Source: a virus
Taxonomy: Duplodnaviria; Caudoviricetes
Virus record (IMG/VR): IMGVR_UViG_3300001528_000360
Coordinates: 64,001-128,000 of that record
Strand: one strand, 5' to 3'
Length of the DNA: 64,000 nt
This document shows, piece by piece, positions 11,906 through 22,483 of the stretch. How positions within the stretch are numbered: position 1 is the stretch's first letter; each line of letters begins with the position of its first letter. The position numbers and the translations under genes are program-made. The notes under the pieces were generated by a model. The model saw nothing but the letters and a program-made list of their open reading frames with translations. It made no database searches and had not been told where the DNA came from.

Positions 11906-12121
11906 ATGCTCGATTGGCTTTGGATCTGGATAGGCAATTGGCCTATGTGGTTAAAACTATTAAGCACATTAATAATTTTAACAGTGTCTATGGGTAATGT
12001 ATTTCAGCATATATCTGAAAAGAATTTTTATGATGCTGCATTTTAAGTAATTATAGCTATTATTTTTATGGCAATATTTTTAACAAAATTTTTATTCCCT
12101 ATTTTAGGTATATATTATTAA
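11906..12121 (+). pseudogene. Small membrane protein interrupted by an in-frame TAA
   Basis: MLDWLWIWIGNWPMWLKLL...DAAF*VIIAIIFMAIFLTKFLFPILGIYY*; the hydrophobic frame continues past the stop at 12044-12046. Confidence 0.45.
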
Positions 12122-12142
12122 GATATAGAGGAGGATACTAAT

Positions 12143-12382
12143 ATGTCAACTAGAATTACTAAAACCACTATTGAAGAATATAATGATAATGGTAAACTCG
12201 TAAAAAGAACCATTAGTGAAGTAACAGAAGAAATTAATGATAATTTAGGATTGAACCCTGTTGATCCTATTGTTACATATAAGAGTGATTTAGGCTCTAC
12301 AGGAAACGGGTATACTATTGATCCTAGTAGTGAGTGTACTGGTATTTTAAATAATCCTTTTGGAACTACAGAGATTAATTAA
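12143..12382 (+). CDS. Hypothetical protein
   Basis: 79 aa, GAGGAGG RBS, early motif at 12109-12118. Confidence 0.7.
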   Translation: MSTRITKTTIEEYNDNGKLVKRTISEVTEEINDNLGLNPVDPIVTYKSDLGSTGNGYTIDPSSECTGILNNPFGTTEIN

Positions 12383-12394
12383 AATAGGTGATTT

Positions 12395-12874
12395 TTGATG
12401 GCAGATAAATATATTGTATATACAGATGGAGGATGCGATTCTAATCCTGGAGGAAGAGGTGGATATGCTGCAATAATTTTAAAAGATACAATTCCAATGT
12501 TTGTAACAGGGTATGAAAATAATACTACTAATCAACGTATGGAATTGAAAGCAGCAATCATCGGATTAAAGTTCATTGGTCGTCCATCTGAAATCAAGTT
12601 ATTTTCAGATTCCGCTTATGTATGTAATTGTTTTCAAAGTAAGTGGTATGAAGCTTGGGAAAAAAATGGTTGGAAGAATGCAAAGAAGGAACCTGTAGCA
12701 AACAAAGAATTGTGGGAAATTCTAATTAAGTTAGTAAAGTTTCATGAGTCTGTTGAATTTATTAAAGTAAAGGGTCATGCAAATGATCTTTTAAATAATA
12801 AATGCGATGAGAATGCTACAGATATTGTTAGATTTAAGCGAGAGCTAGATAAGATTATCAGTGAACAAGAATAA
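12395..12874 (+). CDS. rnhA: Ribonuclease HI
   Basis: YTDGGCDSNPG, TTNQRMEL, SDSAY, WKNAKKEPVANKELW, VKGHA...N..CD. Confidence 0.95.
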   Translation: MMADKYIVYTDGGCDSNPGGRGGYAAIILKDTIPMFVTGYENNTTNQRMELKAAIIGLKFIGRPSEIKLFSDSAYVCNCFQSKWYEAWEKNGWKNAKKEPVANKELWEILIKLVKFHESVEFIKVKGHANDLLNNKCDENATDIVRFKRELDKIISEQE

Positions 12875-12888
12875 TTAAGGGAGATAGT

Positions 12889-13395
12889 ATGAATACATAT
12901 AATGTTAAATGTACTGAAGCATATGACGGAAAGAAATTTTATGGTAATAATTCTGAAAGTGTATGTGAAAAATATGAAAATATCCGAAGAGATATTTTGA
13001 AAAAGAATATTTTAGGAAAAGCAATTATTATATTTACTCGTGATAGAGAAAGTGATTTTTATGTATATTATTTAAATCATGATGAAGAAACTATTAAATC
13101 ATTAAATGAATGGGCAAAACTAAATAACTATAAGACTACTGATAATGGCTGGAAAGATGATAAATTTATAACATTTGATGATACAAAAGAAAAAGAATGG
13201 ATCCATATTGCTTCAATTGATAATGGCTGGAGATATTGTTTTGGGTTAAGTCCTGAAGCTGTTATTGAAAATGCTACTAAATTTCTTAATAAAATTAATA
13301 ATATAAAAATTGATAAATTAGATAATATAAGAAGTAATAATGATGGATTAAAGTTCTCTGATAAACCTTATGAATTCTTTTATAATGAAAATTAG
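12889..13395 (+). CDS. Hypothetical protein
   Basis: 168-aa ORF with RBS. Confidence 0.7.
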   Translation: MNTYNVKCTEAYDGKKFYGNNSESVCEKYENIRRDILKKNILGKAIIIFTRDRESDFYVYYLNHDEETIKSLNEWAKLNNYKTTDNGWKDDKFITFDDTKEKEWIHIASIDNGWRYCFGLSPEAVIENATKFLNKINNIKIDKLDNIRSNNDGLKFSDKPYEFFYNEN

Positions 13396-13404
13396 GAGGA
13401 AAAT

Positions 13405-13899
13405 ATGTTTAAAGTTATTTGTATTGATAGGACTTCAGAGTTTTATAATAAAGTATTTGAAGTTTATGACGTTGTCCCTATTGATTACACTCACAATCCT
13501 TATTTTTTAATTTATCAAAGAGAGTGGTGTTTTAAGAATGCTAAATACTTTAAGCCATATAAAGAGCCTGTAGGTAAGGTAGCTTCAACTGTCATTGATC
13601 AAGATGAACAAATGACAGATCAAGAGCTCACTAAAGCATCTAAAAAATATTACCCGATAACAGGAAATGATAACAACTCTGCTATTTATAAAATGAATGA
13701 TAATCTTCCAACACTTGAAGTTTATCGTGCTTCACATGTTAATACATTTAATGTATCTACTGAGTCAGGTCCTTTGTTTAAATGCCCTAAATGCGGTGCA
13801 GGAATGTATAAAGATTTAACTAAGGTTCTAGCATCATATCCTCCAAAATATGAATATAGCTGTAAAAATTGTAATCATATTGAGTATCTTGAGTTTTAA
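13405..13899 (+). CDS. Hypothetical protein with C-terminal zinc ribbon
   Basis: CPKCG...YSCKNC. Confidence 0.7.
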   Translation: MFKVICIDRTSEFYNKVFEVYDVVPIDYTHNPYFLIYQREWCFKNAKYFKPYKEPVGKVASTVIDQDEQMTDQELTKASKKYYPITGNDNNSAIYKMNDNLPTLEVYRASHVNTFNVSTESGPLFKCPKCGAGMYKDLTKVLASYPPKYEYSCKNCNHIEYLEF

Positions 13900-13910
13900 G
13901 AGGATTTGTT

Positions 13911-14387
13911 ATGAAAAATGAAAATTTAACTGTTAAAGAAATTAATGAAAAAATTACTGAACTTAAAACAATATTATACTCTGCTAAACAACGAGAAATT
14001 AAAGAGCTAAAAGAAAAAGCAAAGAAAAATATTGGTCGTTGTTTTATTACAAATGGAAACTATGCAAAAATCATTGATATTCCTAAAGAAGAATATACAA
14101 GACTAGATATTAATTTCAATCAGTATCAATATCCAGCACTAATTATTGGACATGATCCTAGAAAGAAAAGCTATGATTATGTAAAATTTGAAACTGTCCA
14201 AGATATCTTTCCATTTAGAGATGTTATACCTTTTTATTATGGTACTTTCTTTTATGATGAAAATAATAAAAATCATCCTTTATACAAATACACAGAAATC
14301 ACACCTGAAGAATTTAACAATGAATTTGATAGAGTTTTAAAGGAATTTGAACTTAGTATTATTAATATTAATAGAAAGGATATGTAA
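13911..14387 (+). CDS. Hypothetical protein
   Basis: 158-aa ORF with RBS. Confidence 0.7.
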   Translation: MKNENLTVKEINEKITELKTILYSAKQREIKELKEKAKKNIGRCFITNGNYAKIIDIPKEEYTRLDINFNQYQYPALIIGHDPRKKSYDYVKFETVQDIFPFRDVIPFYYGTFFYDENNKNHPLYKYTEITPEEFNNEFDRVLKEFELSIININRKDM

Positions 14388-14389
14388 GA

Positions 14390-14659
14390 ATGATTAATAA
14401 GTATAGGAAGAAGCCCGTAACTATTGAGGCTGTAAAATTTACAAGAAATAATTTTGATGAAATTCTAGAATTTACTCAAGGTAAAGCTAAACAATTTACA
14501 ATTGAGCGTAGAATTGATGGTAAATGTTTCTGTGTTATTCCTACTTTAGAAGGAGATCATGTTGCTACTGAAGGTGATTTTATTATCAAAGGTGTAAATG
14601 GTGAATTTTATCCTTGTAAACCTGATATCTTTGATAAAACTTATGAACTTGAGGTATAA
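14390..14659 (+). CDS. Conserved small phage protein (KYRKKPV.IEA...GEFYPCKPDIF family)
   Basis: Recognisable widespread phage/prophage motif set. Confidence 0.8.
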   Translation: MINKYRKKPVTIEAVKFTRNNFDEILEFTQGKAKQFTIERRIDGKCFCVIPTLEGDHVATEGDFIIKGVNGEFYPCKPDIFDKTYELEV

Positions 14660-14664
14660 GTATT

Positions 14665-14961
14665 ATGATTAAAACATATGCAAAGAGACCTCCAACTATT
14701 CAGGCTATTCAATATACTGGAGATAATATTGATGAAATTAATGAATTTCTTGAGATCAATAGTAAATGTGAATACATTAGTAAAGTAATTAATGGTAGAA
14801 AAGTTAATTATGCTGTATTTAAAAATATTTACGGATGTTGTATTGATGGAAATGTTGATATTGGAGACTATGTTATTAAAAATAATTCTGGTATAATTTA
14901 CTCTTGTAAACCTGATGTTTTTGAAAAAACATATTACGAAATTGAAACTAGTAATAAATAA
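14665..14961 (+). CDS. Tandem paralogue of the preceding protein
   Basis: YAKRPPTIQAIQY...GDYVIK...YSCKPDVFEKTY. Confidence 0.78.
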   Translation: MIKTYAKRPPTIQAIQYTGDNIDEINEFLEINSKCEYISKVINGRKVNYAVFKNIYGCCIDGNVDIGDYVIKNNSGIIYSCKPDVFEKTYYEIETSNK

Positions 14962-15016
14962 TTTTGGTTTAAACTTTATATTAAATACTTTTTTAAAATT
15001 AGGAGGAGCATAAGCT

Positions 15017-15826
15017 ATGGCTAATTTATTTGGAACGAAACAGAATAACGATAATAATGGAGATAATCGCAAGAGTGTAAATACTAGAATTTATCAGTTT
15101 AAGAATAAGGATGGATTTGAGCCGTCTGCACTTCAGGTTACTGGTTGGGATGAAATGCTTTCTTTAAGAATTAATCCTGCTCTTGAACCTAGTAAGCAGA
15201 CTAAGGATCAGGTCTTCGATTACGAGAGATTTGTTGCGACATCTTTGAATATGGAAAAAGCAATGCTTCTTCTGTACAAGATTAACAATGATATTATCCC
15301 TGCAATTGAAAAGAATGAAGAGAAGAATGTCGGTATTAGTGTTGGTGGCGATAGTCTGGTAACTGTTGGTACTGGTAAGAAAATTACTGGTTCCATTAGA
15401 CCTTATATTGCCATCCATAAGGGACTGAATCCTGAAACTAAGAAAGCCGAACAGTCTATTTATTATGAATTTAAGAGTTCTATGACTATTGATGACTATG
15501 ATGAGAAGACTGGTGAGTATACAGTTCATGAAGGTTATGACGCTGAGTTTAAGCTTTTCATTGAACTTCTTAAGTCTTTCATCTTTACATCTAATTTTGC
15601 CGGTCATAGTGTAAGATATAATTCACGTTTTGTGAATGATAAGATTATTAATACAACTACTGCTATTGCTAATAAGGTTGGTGCTAATACCGGCTTTAGT
15701 GGCGGCGGTTTTAGAAATAATGTATTTGGGTCCCAGAATTCTAGCAGTAATAAGACGAGTTCTTATAACTCTGATTCTGCTAAGATTGAAGAGATTGGTG
15801 ACCTTAACGATCTCATGAATGAGTAA
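15017..15826 (+). CDS. Probable single-stranded DNA-binding protein
   Basis: 269 aa, biased codon usage, Gly/Ser/Asn-rich linker and acidic C-terminal tail; function inferred only. Confidence 0.45.
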   Translation: MANLFGTKQNNDNNGDNRKSVNTRIYQFKNKDGFEPSALQVTGWDEMLSLRINPALEPSKQTKDQVFDYERFVATSLNMEKAMLLLYKINNDIIPAIEKNEEKNVGISVGGDSLVTVGTGKKITGSIRPYIAIHKGLNPETKKAEQSIYYEFKSSMTIDDYDEKTGEYTVHEGYDAEFKLFIELLKSFIFTSNFAGHSVRYNSRFVNDKIINTTTAIANKVGANTGFSGGGFRNNVFGSQNSSSNKTSSYNSDSAKIEEIGDLNDLMNE

Positions 15827-15830
15827 TATT

Positions 15831-15865
15831 TATAGTGGTAATAGATAACTTCTATTACCACTATA
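15831..15865 (+). terminator. Intrinsic terminator
   Basis: 15-bp stem TATAGTGGTAATAGA/TCTATTACCACTATA plus T tract. Confidence 0.8.
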
Positions 15866-15904
15866 TTTTTTTGTATAAGTTTTTTATAAAGGAAGTGAAT
15901 TCAT

Positions 15905-16621
15905 ATGCCTATGAATCAATTCGCCTCTCAAAAAGAGGTATTATTTATTACATATGAAGATGTTATTAAAACTACTAAATTATATATATTAAAGAAATTA
16001 TTAGAAGAGGAATATAAATCTTGTTATAAAGATTTTATTGATTATTCTAAAATTGAAGGAAAAAATGATAATGACCTTATGGGAGTTATCACAGCTTCTA
16101 CAGATATAAACATTTTGAAATACTTATCTATATCAGAATTTGATTATGATGTAACTTATACAGATTTATTATTAACATATCCTGAGTGTATAGAAAAATC
16201 TAAGCTATTAACATTCGGAGAATCAATTCATGTGTTAATGAAACAGAGCTTTTTAAATCATATTTATATTTATAGTAAGTTTTATGATGAAAATATTGAG
16301 AAAGATATTATGAATAATTATGGTACAACAATGATTTCTTATGTTACAGGAGATTTTAAAGAAGCAGTTTCTTCTGTTCCTAGTGAAAATAGAATTACCT
16401 CATTTATTTTAAATGATATTAATTATGTACAGATTTTACTCGATTTAGATAAAGTAGCTTATACTAATTTGCTAATTGCAAATTATGGATATAATTATAA
16501 GTTGAATAAAGATGGAATTCCTATCTTAAAACTTGATAAGATAGATGATTTAGGAAAAGACCGAATTTTTAAATTAGGAATGTTTACTCCTGATAATTCA
16601 GCAACATATAATACGAAATAA
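15905..16621 (+). CDS. Hypothetical protein (possibly degenerate HAD-like fold)
   Basis: 238-aa ORF with RBS. Confidence 0.65.
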   Translation: MPMNQFASQKEVLFITYEDVIKTTKLYILKKLLEEEYKSCYKDFIDYSKIEGKNDNDLMGVITASTDINILKYLSISEFDYDVTYTDLLLTYPECIEKSKLLTFGESIHVLMKQSFLNHIYIYSKFYDENIEKDIMNNYGTTMISYVTGDFKEAVSSVPSENRITSFILNDINYVQILLDLDKVAYTNLLIANYGYNYKLNKDGIPILKLDKIDDLGKDRIFKLGMFTPDNSATYNTK

Positions 16622-16644
16622 TTCACTTTTTAACATTGTATTAA

Positions 16645-18348
16645 GTGATGTCCCTATATAAAATTGAGAGGAGAAATATAAAAATGTCTAATATTTCTTG
16701 GAATGTAATTTCTGAAACTGAATTTAAAACAAAGATCAATTCTGTATTTGATCAGGTTAGTAAAGCCTTGACTAAGACTCTAGGACCTTATGGTTCTACT
16801 ACTATTATTGAAAAGTATGGTGAATGTCATATTACAAAAGATGGATGGCAGGTATTGAAGAATATTAGATTTGAAGATACTGTCAGTAATAACATTCTGA
16901 TGCTTCTTCTTAGAATCAGTGCTCAGGTTGTTATTAAAGTTGGTGATGGTTCTACCACTTCTATTGTTGCTGCTGATTCTATTCTTAAGGAATTAAAGGC
17001 ACATGAAAGTATCATTAATAAGATGAGACCTAAGGAGTTCATGGCAACTCTTCAGAATTGTGTAAATTATCTTGTTGATGAGATTTACAATAATGCTAAG
17101 AAGGTTAATCGTGATACCTTTGAAGATATTTATAAGCTTGCTTATATTTCTACAAATGGTGACGATCAAATTTCTAAGATTATTCAGGATATCTATATTA
17201 AGACAAACAATCCTTCTATTGAGTATATTAAGTCTAAGACGGATCAGACTACATATGAGGTTCTTGATGGATATCGTGGTAATATTACATATATTGATAA
17301 TATTTTCACTACGAATGACGATGGTACCTGTGTCATTAATAATCCGTATGTGATTATGTTTGATCATAAGATTGATATTGAGCATTCTCTTAAGCTTATT
17401 TCTGAGGTTGCTACTAAGGCTGCTGAAGATAATAGACGAGTAGTTGTTGTTGCTCCGAATTATGATAAGTTCTTACTTGATTACATCCGTAAGAATATTG
17501 TTATTGAGTATAAGAGCAGAGGTACTTCTACTATTGTTTATACTCGTGCATCTCTTGTGAATAATGTTTCTCATGAGCTGTATAACGACTTTGCTATTAT
17601 GAGCGGTGCTCAGGTTATTAGTGAACAGTTCATTGATGAACTTGATGAACATCCTGAAACTGTCTTTGATTATGTCGGTGAAGTTGAGAATATGGTTATC
17701 TCTGAAAAGACTACTTTCATCAAAGGTTTCTATAAGCGTAATGATAACCTTTATAAGAAAGCTCTTGAGGATGCAACTGCTAAGTATAATAAGCTTCTTG
17801 ATGAGAATCAGAAGAAGGGTATTGTTGATATTAAGTTGAATGAAGTTAAGCAGAGAGTTACTAAGCTTCAGGGTATGATGGGTATTATTAGTGTTGGTGG
17901 TAATTCTGAGTTAGAGAAAACTGCTAATTACGATCTTGTCGAAGATGCTGTTAAGGCTTGTGAGTCTGCTTATACTCATGGATATAATATTGGTGGATCT
18001 CTTACCATTCCTTATATTATCAATGTATTGAGAAAGAAGGAAGGTGATATTGATCCTAATACAGATGAAATGTTCTCTATTATTTATAGAGCATTTATTA
18101 ATGTATTTAAGACAATTCTTAAGAATAAGTATCCCGATGGTGACGATACATTCTTCAATGACATTATTACCAGATGTATTGAAAGTGATGAACCTATTTG
18201 TTATGATCTGATTACAGATTCTTATTCTAAGGATATCATTAATTCGTGTGAAACAGATATTGAGATTTTGAAGGCTACTGCCTCTATTATCTCTCTTTTG
18301 ACCTCTAGTAATCAGTATATTTCCATTATGACTGAGAACGGTAAGTAA
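16645..18348 (+). CDS. groEL: Phage chaperonin (GroEL/Cpn60-like); start probably 16684
   Basis: TLGPYG, ITKDG, VGDGSTTS, VGG..E.E....VEDAV.A motifs; late motif at 16632-16644. Confidence 0.92.
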   Translation: MMSLYKIERRNIKMSNISWNVISETEFKTKINSVFDQVSKALTKTLGPYGSTTIIEKYGECHITKDGWQVLKNIRFEDTVSNNILMLLLRISAQVVIKVGDGSTTSIVAADSILKELKAHESIINKMRPKEFMATLQNCVNYLVDEIYNNAKKVNRDTFEDIYKLAYISTNGDDQISKIIQDIYIKTNNPSIEYIKSKTDQTTYEVLDGYRGNITYIDNIFTTNDDGTCVINNPYVIMFDHKIDIEHSLKLISEVATKAAEDNRRVVVVAPNYDKFLLDYIRKNIVIEYKSRGTSTIVYTRASLVNNVSHELYNDFAIMSGAQVISEQFIDELDEHPETVFDYVGEVENMVISEKTTFIKGFYKRNDNLYKKALEDATAKYNKLLDENQKKGIVDIKLNEVKQRVTKLQGMMGIISVGGNSELEKTANYDLVEDAVKACESAYTHGYNIGGSLTIPYIINVLRKKEGDIDPNTDEMFSIIYRAFINVFKTILKNKYPDGDDTFFNDIITRCIESDEPICYDLITDSYSKDIINSCETDIEILKATASIISLLTSSNQYISIMTENGK

Positions 18349-18358
18349 GTAATAGAAA

Positions 18359-18390
18359 AATACACAGGAGTTGAAAAACTCCTGTGTATT
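18359..18390 (+). terminator. Terminator-like hairpin
   Basis: 14-bp stem AATACACAGGAGTT/AACTCCTGTGTATT with GAAA loop. Confidence 0.65.
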
Positions 18391-18420
18391 AACTATACCT
18401 TATAAAGAAAGGAGGACACT

Positions 18421-19206
18421 ATGTTTATTCCACAAACATTATCAGAGTATATTGATAACCCTATGGGTAAAGGTTCTACTGCAATTGCAAATAGAAATCT
18501 TATTAAATCTGATTTAGATAGCAGATATAATAAGCTTCTGGAAAAGCATAAAGATTTTAAACATACTATGTATTATGATGTAAATACATTTTATGCTCAT
18601 ATTTTAATTCCTAGTGAATCTGAAAGAAATAACACATATGATGTAGTTATTCAATTTGTACCTTTAGAAAAAGAAGTAATTCAAGATGTTAATCTTAATA
18701 GATATTGCATTAAGGTATTTAGTAATTGTCCTAGTTTTACTTATACTTATGCATATGTCTATAATGACTATGATATGATGATTGATTTTTTAAGAAATAA
18801 ATATCGTAATCAGGTTTTACAAGATAATCCTATTGTCAAGAATCCTGGTGAAATTATTAACTTTGAGAAATCAATTTATTTTGCAGCTAAGTATATTCAA
18901 TCAAATAAAACTTTGATGAATAAATTTACGTTAGCATCTATTGCTAAACGTATGAATAAAGTAGAATTTGCAAAAACGATTAGAAATACAGATACTATTG
19001 AATTAGAAATTAAAAAAGAAAATAATCGTTTGAAGAATGAAAAAGAAGAGAATTTAAAAAAGCTTAGAGCAAAACTTGAAAAACCTAACAATGGAAGACC
19101 TGTTCATAAAATAGCAGGAACTAAAAAAGAAAAAGAAAATAAGAATCACTATATTACTCCTCATCCAAAGATTAAGGGGAAACCTAAGATTAAAAGAACA
19201 AAATAA
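18421..19206 (+). CDS. Hypothetical protein with basic C-terminal tail
   Basis: 261 aa, AGGAGG RBS. Confidence 0.75.
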   Translation: MFIPQTLSEYIDNPMGKGSTAIANRNLIKSDLDSRYNKLLEKHKDFKHTMYYDVNTFYAHILIPSESERNNTYDVVIQFVPLEKEVIQDVNLNRYCIKVFSNCPSFTYTYAYVYNDYDMMIDFLRNKYRNQVLQDNPIVKNPGEIINFEKSIYFAAKYIQSNKTLMNKFTLASIAKRMNKVEFAKTIRNTDTIELEIKKENNRLKNEKEENLKKLRAKLEKPNNGRPVHKIAGTKKEKENKNHYITPHPKIKGKPKIKRTK

Positions 19207-19242
19207 TTTTTAGGTATATATTATATATATGATAAACAAAAA

Positions 19243-22200
19243 ATGAGGAGGGACGTGTTTGTGAGCAACAACAAAGAATTCATCCGTATAGATGAATGGA
19301 GCCCGACAAAACGTGATAACATAATCCTATATGATGGAAAACTTATTGTTATTCCTTTTGATAAGATATTCAATCGCCAGAATAATGAGGCTTTGAATAA
19401 TTTTATTATTAAGAAGGAATCTTATGTAAAAAAGTTAGATCACATCACACACTACATCAATTATTTTATTAAATATTATGATGATGATAACGAGTTACTG
19501 TTATCATATTTAAAGTTAAAATTCTTAATTGACAATAAGTCAAATAATATTCCTATTAGTACTTTCATTAAATTAGTATATAATATTCTTCTTACTGATT
19601 CTATGATTGAAAAAATTAATAAGTTAGTAGAAGATAATTATTATATTGATTTATCTCCTGAAGATACTAATAAGAAGTATAATGAAACACTTGAGTTTAC
19701 AGAAGAACATGCAAAAGTTTTAATGTCAATTTCAATGGCTATGAAACTTATGGTTCCTGTAATGTTTCATTATCTTAATTCTTATGGTCTTATCAAAGAA
19801 AGATCATATATATTCAGATTCTATGAAGGTCTTTTTGATACATTCGGAAATAATATTGATATCTATAATAAGTTATGGGTATCTATCTATGCAAAAGTAA
19901 ATGTCAACTATGTGAGAAATAGCGTTATCTGGGAACAACGCGAGATTAACTAAAAATAGTCTCGATCATATAGCAATATATGATTAGAAACCTCTTTAAT
20001 TGCTGGGAAATCTAAACAAGTAATGTTGTAGACAATCAGCAGCCAAGACTTATTTATATAAGTAAGGTTCAACGACTATCGAAAGCATATCTATAAAAGA
20101 AATTTTATAGAGAAGAAGTGAGTAGAGTACACATATTTATTATATGTGGAAATGGGAGGCTCTTTATATATGGTTATAGTGTATAAAGATGAAGATATAG
20201 TCTATTCCTTATAGAAATATAAGGTATCAAAGATTTGGTGTTAACGCTTTAACTCATATGACTGAATTACTTAAAGATAAAATTATTTCTGAAACTATTT
20301 TCAAATATGAATTCAATAAGAACATTGTGTCGTTAACTAATTAAGCGACATATGTATAGTAATATACATTAGCAACTCTCTTAATTGCTGGGAAATCTAA
20401 ACAAGTAATGTTGTAGATAATCAGCAGCCAAATAATTATACAAATCAAATTTACAAAAAATAAAAAAAAATAATATTGAATGGAGGTGAAAACATGAGTA
20501 AAGAAATATGGACAAAAATATATTATAATAATGAAAAGTTACACTATAGTGTTAGCGATTGTGGACAAATCAGAAATGATAAGACAGGTAATATTTTAGC
20601 ACAATCATCAGATGATAATAATTATAAATTTATAACATTAGAATTAAATGATGGAACTCGTAAAATGTTTAGAGTTCATAGATTAGTTGCTAGTATGTTT
20701 ATGCCTGTTCGTTGTTCTGATGAAATAGAAGTTAATCATAAAGATGGCAATACTTCAAATAATAATATTGAAAATTTAGAATGGTGTACTCATGCTGAAA
20801 ATATGAAACATGCTAATGCTAATAACTTAATTAAGCGTAATACAGGTGACGATCATCCAGGATGTAAATATTCTGATAAATTTATTGATGATGTAGTATC
20901 ATTAATGAGACAAGGTTTAAATAATAGGGAAATTTGTGATAGATTAAATATTAAATCAAATCATAAATTAATAGCATTATTTACTAGTATTAGAAAAGGT
21001 AGAGGAAGATTAAAATCTACTAAAAACTTTGATGATATTCCTTCACATTCATCTAAGAAAAAATGGGATGAAAAATTTGTTAAAGATATATGCAAATTAT
21101 TATCAAAAGGATATTCTACATTAGAAGTTGCAAGTAGATTAGATTTAACTGGTAAATCATCTACTGAAGTTAAAGCATTAATTAGAGACATCAAAAAAGG
21201 TAAACGATTTAAAAGTATTGGAATTACATATGATTTGTATAATTAAAGGTTCAACGACTATCGAAAGGATACTATAAGAGAAATACTTATAGGAGTAACC
21301 GAGTAGAGTACACTTCAAGTGAAGTGGAAATGGAGAGCATCTTATATATGGTAACAGTATATAAGATGAAGATATAGTCTAATCTCTATAGTAATATAGA
21401 GCAGTTCTATTTTTAGAACGATATAAGAGTAACGATCTTATATAAATACTAATGTTAATTATGTTGTTATTGATAAGCAGTTAAGATTCTTTTTGGTTGA
21501 GCCATACAAGCTCAATAGAATCGAGTTATCTGCACATCGAGATGCAAGCGGATTGTCTGGGTAAAGTTTAGCTCAGTATAAACTCTCTTAAATGCTGGAA
21601 AGTCTTTTATAAGATGATCAGCAGCCAAGACTTATTTATATAAGTAAGGTTCAACGACTAGGTGAAAACCGTACATCCAAGTGGATGGAAATGGAGAGCA
21701 TCTTAAATAAGATGAAGATATAGTCTGGTCTCTATAGAAATATAGAGCAGTTCTTAAATGAACGGTATAGAAAGTAACGAGTCTATACGAACATAACATA
21801 GACAAATTAGAAATGAACGCTGCAAAAATCGATGAAAGCACAGTAATTTTATCTAACATCAATATTAAAAAGACACTTAAAAGAATCAAGAATAAAATGC
21901 ATATAGATATTTCTAAAGAGGAAATTGAATATTATAAGCATAATTTGAATATTACTAAATTCCAATCTCAATTAGTATTCTATTATTATGCAAAGTATTT
22001 TAATGGATATAGAGACCTGAATTTGTTAAATAGAACTCAATATCTGAAATTGTTAATCATGTTAAAGAAGAGATTACAGTTTCAATCTTATGTATATCTT
22101 CCGCAGATTATATCCTCTAATGTTGAAAGTAAGCTGAATAGTAGAACGATAAGAAATGATAAGTTCTTAACTAAGATTCAAAGTTCGGCTATTTATCAAC

Positions 22201-22394
22201 ATATTATTCAGGATAAATATTCTGCATTGAATGATATTGGAAAAGAAGATTTAATAATTAATATGCTGTCTACATTGTTGAATACATCATTCACATTTGT
22301 AGATTATGATAATAAAGAAGCATTAGGAAAAACAATAGAAGTAAATCAGGATGTTATTTCTGATGAATTTTTGAATTTCTTAAATCAGTTATAA
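19243..22394 (+). CDS. Probable sigma-like promoter-specificity subunit of the non-virion RNA polymerase, 4 exons, ~502 aa spliced
   Basis: Exons 19243-19946, 20233-20333, 21455-21562, 21799-22394 join in frame (WEQREI|FGVN...KNIVS|FNYVV...SGLSG|LDKLEMN); early motif at 19215; identity inferred from size, context and recalled resemblance to AR9 gp226-type proteins. Confidence 0.55.
19947..20232 (+). ncRNA. Group I intron, ORF-less, 286 nt
   Basis: Core motifs; P1 CGAGAU/GUCUCG; ends in G. Confidence 0.93.
20334..21454 (+). mobile_element. Group I intron with HNH endonuclease in the P6 loop, 1121 nt
   Basis: P1 UGUCGU/GCGACA; 7-bp P10; ORF lies between Q and R; ends in G. Confidence 0.94.
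20476..21246 (+). CDS. Intron-encoded HNH homing endonuclease (start probably 20494)
   Basis: VHRLVA...VNHKDGNTSNNNIENLEWCTHAENMKH plus C-terminal HTH-like repeats. Confidence 0.93.
   Translation: MNGGENMSKEIWTKIYYNNEKLHYSVSDCGQIRNDKTGNILAQSSDDNNYKFITLELNDGTRKMFRVHRLVASMFMPVRCSDEIEVNHKDGNTSNNNIENLEWCTHAENMKHANANNLIKRNTGDDHPGCKYSDKFIDDVVSLMRQGLNNREICDRLNIKSNHKLIALFTSIRKGRGRLKSTKNFDDIPSHSSKKKWDEKFVKDICKLLSKGYSTLEVASRLDLTGKSSTEVKALIRDIKKGKRFKSIGITYDLYN
21563..21798 (+). ncRNA. Group I intron, ORF-less, 236 nt, apparent terminal A
   Basis: Core motifs; P1 CUGGGU/GCUCAG; P10 GUUUA/UAGAC places the 3' splice site after A21798 (alternative G at 21801). Confidence 0.9.
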
Positions 22395-22424
22395 AAAATA
22401 TTTTTGCGCAAAAATATTTTACAG

Positions 22425-22453
22425 TCTCTATAGGGTGAACAACCCTATAGAGA
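22425..22453 (+). terminator. Intrinsic terminator
   Basis: Stem TCTCTATAGGG/CCCTATAGAGA plus T tract. Confidence 0.7.
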
Positions 22454-22483
22454 TTATTTTTTGTCATAAAGGAGATAATATAT

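Noticed and set aside
14641-17839. Antisense or overlapping ORFs in the track (e.g. 14641-15072, 15164-15607, 16993-17385, 25493-25816, 37975-38469, 51646-52137)
   Set aside because: Shadow frames of codon-biased real genes; no RBS and atypical composition
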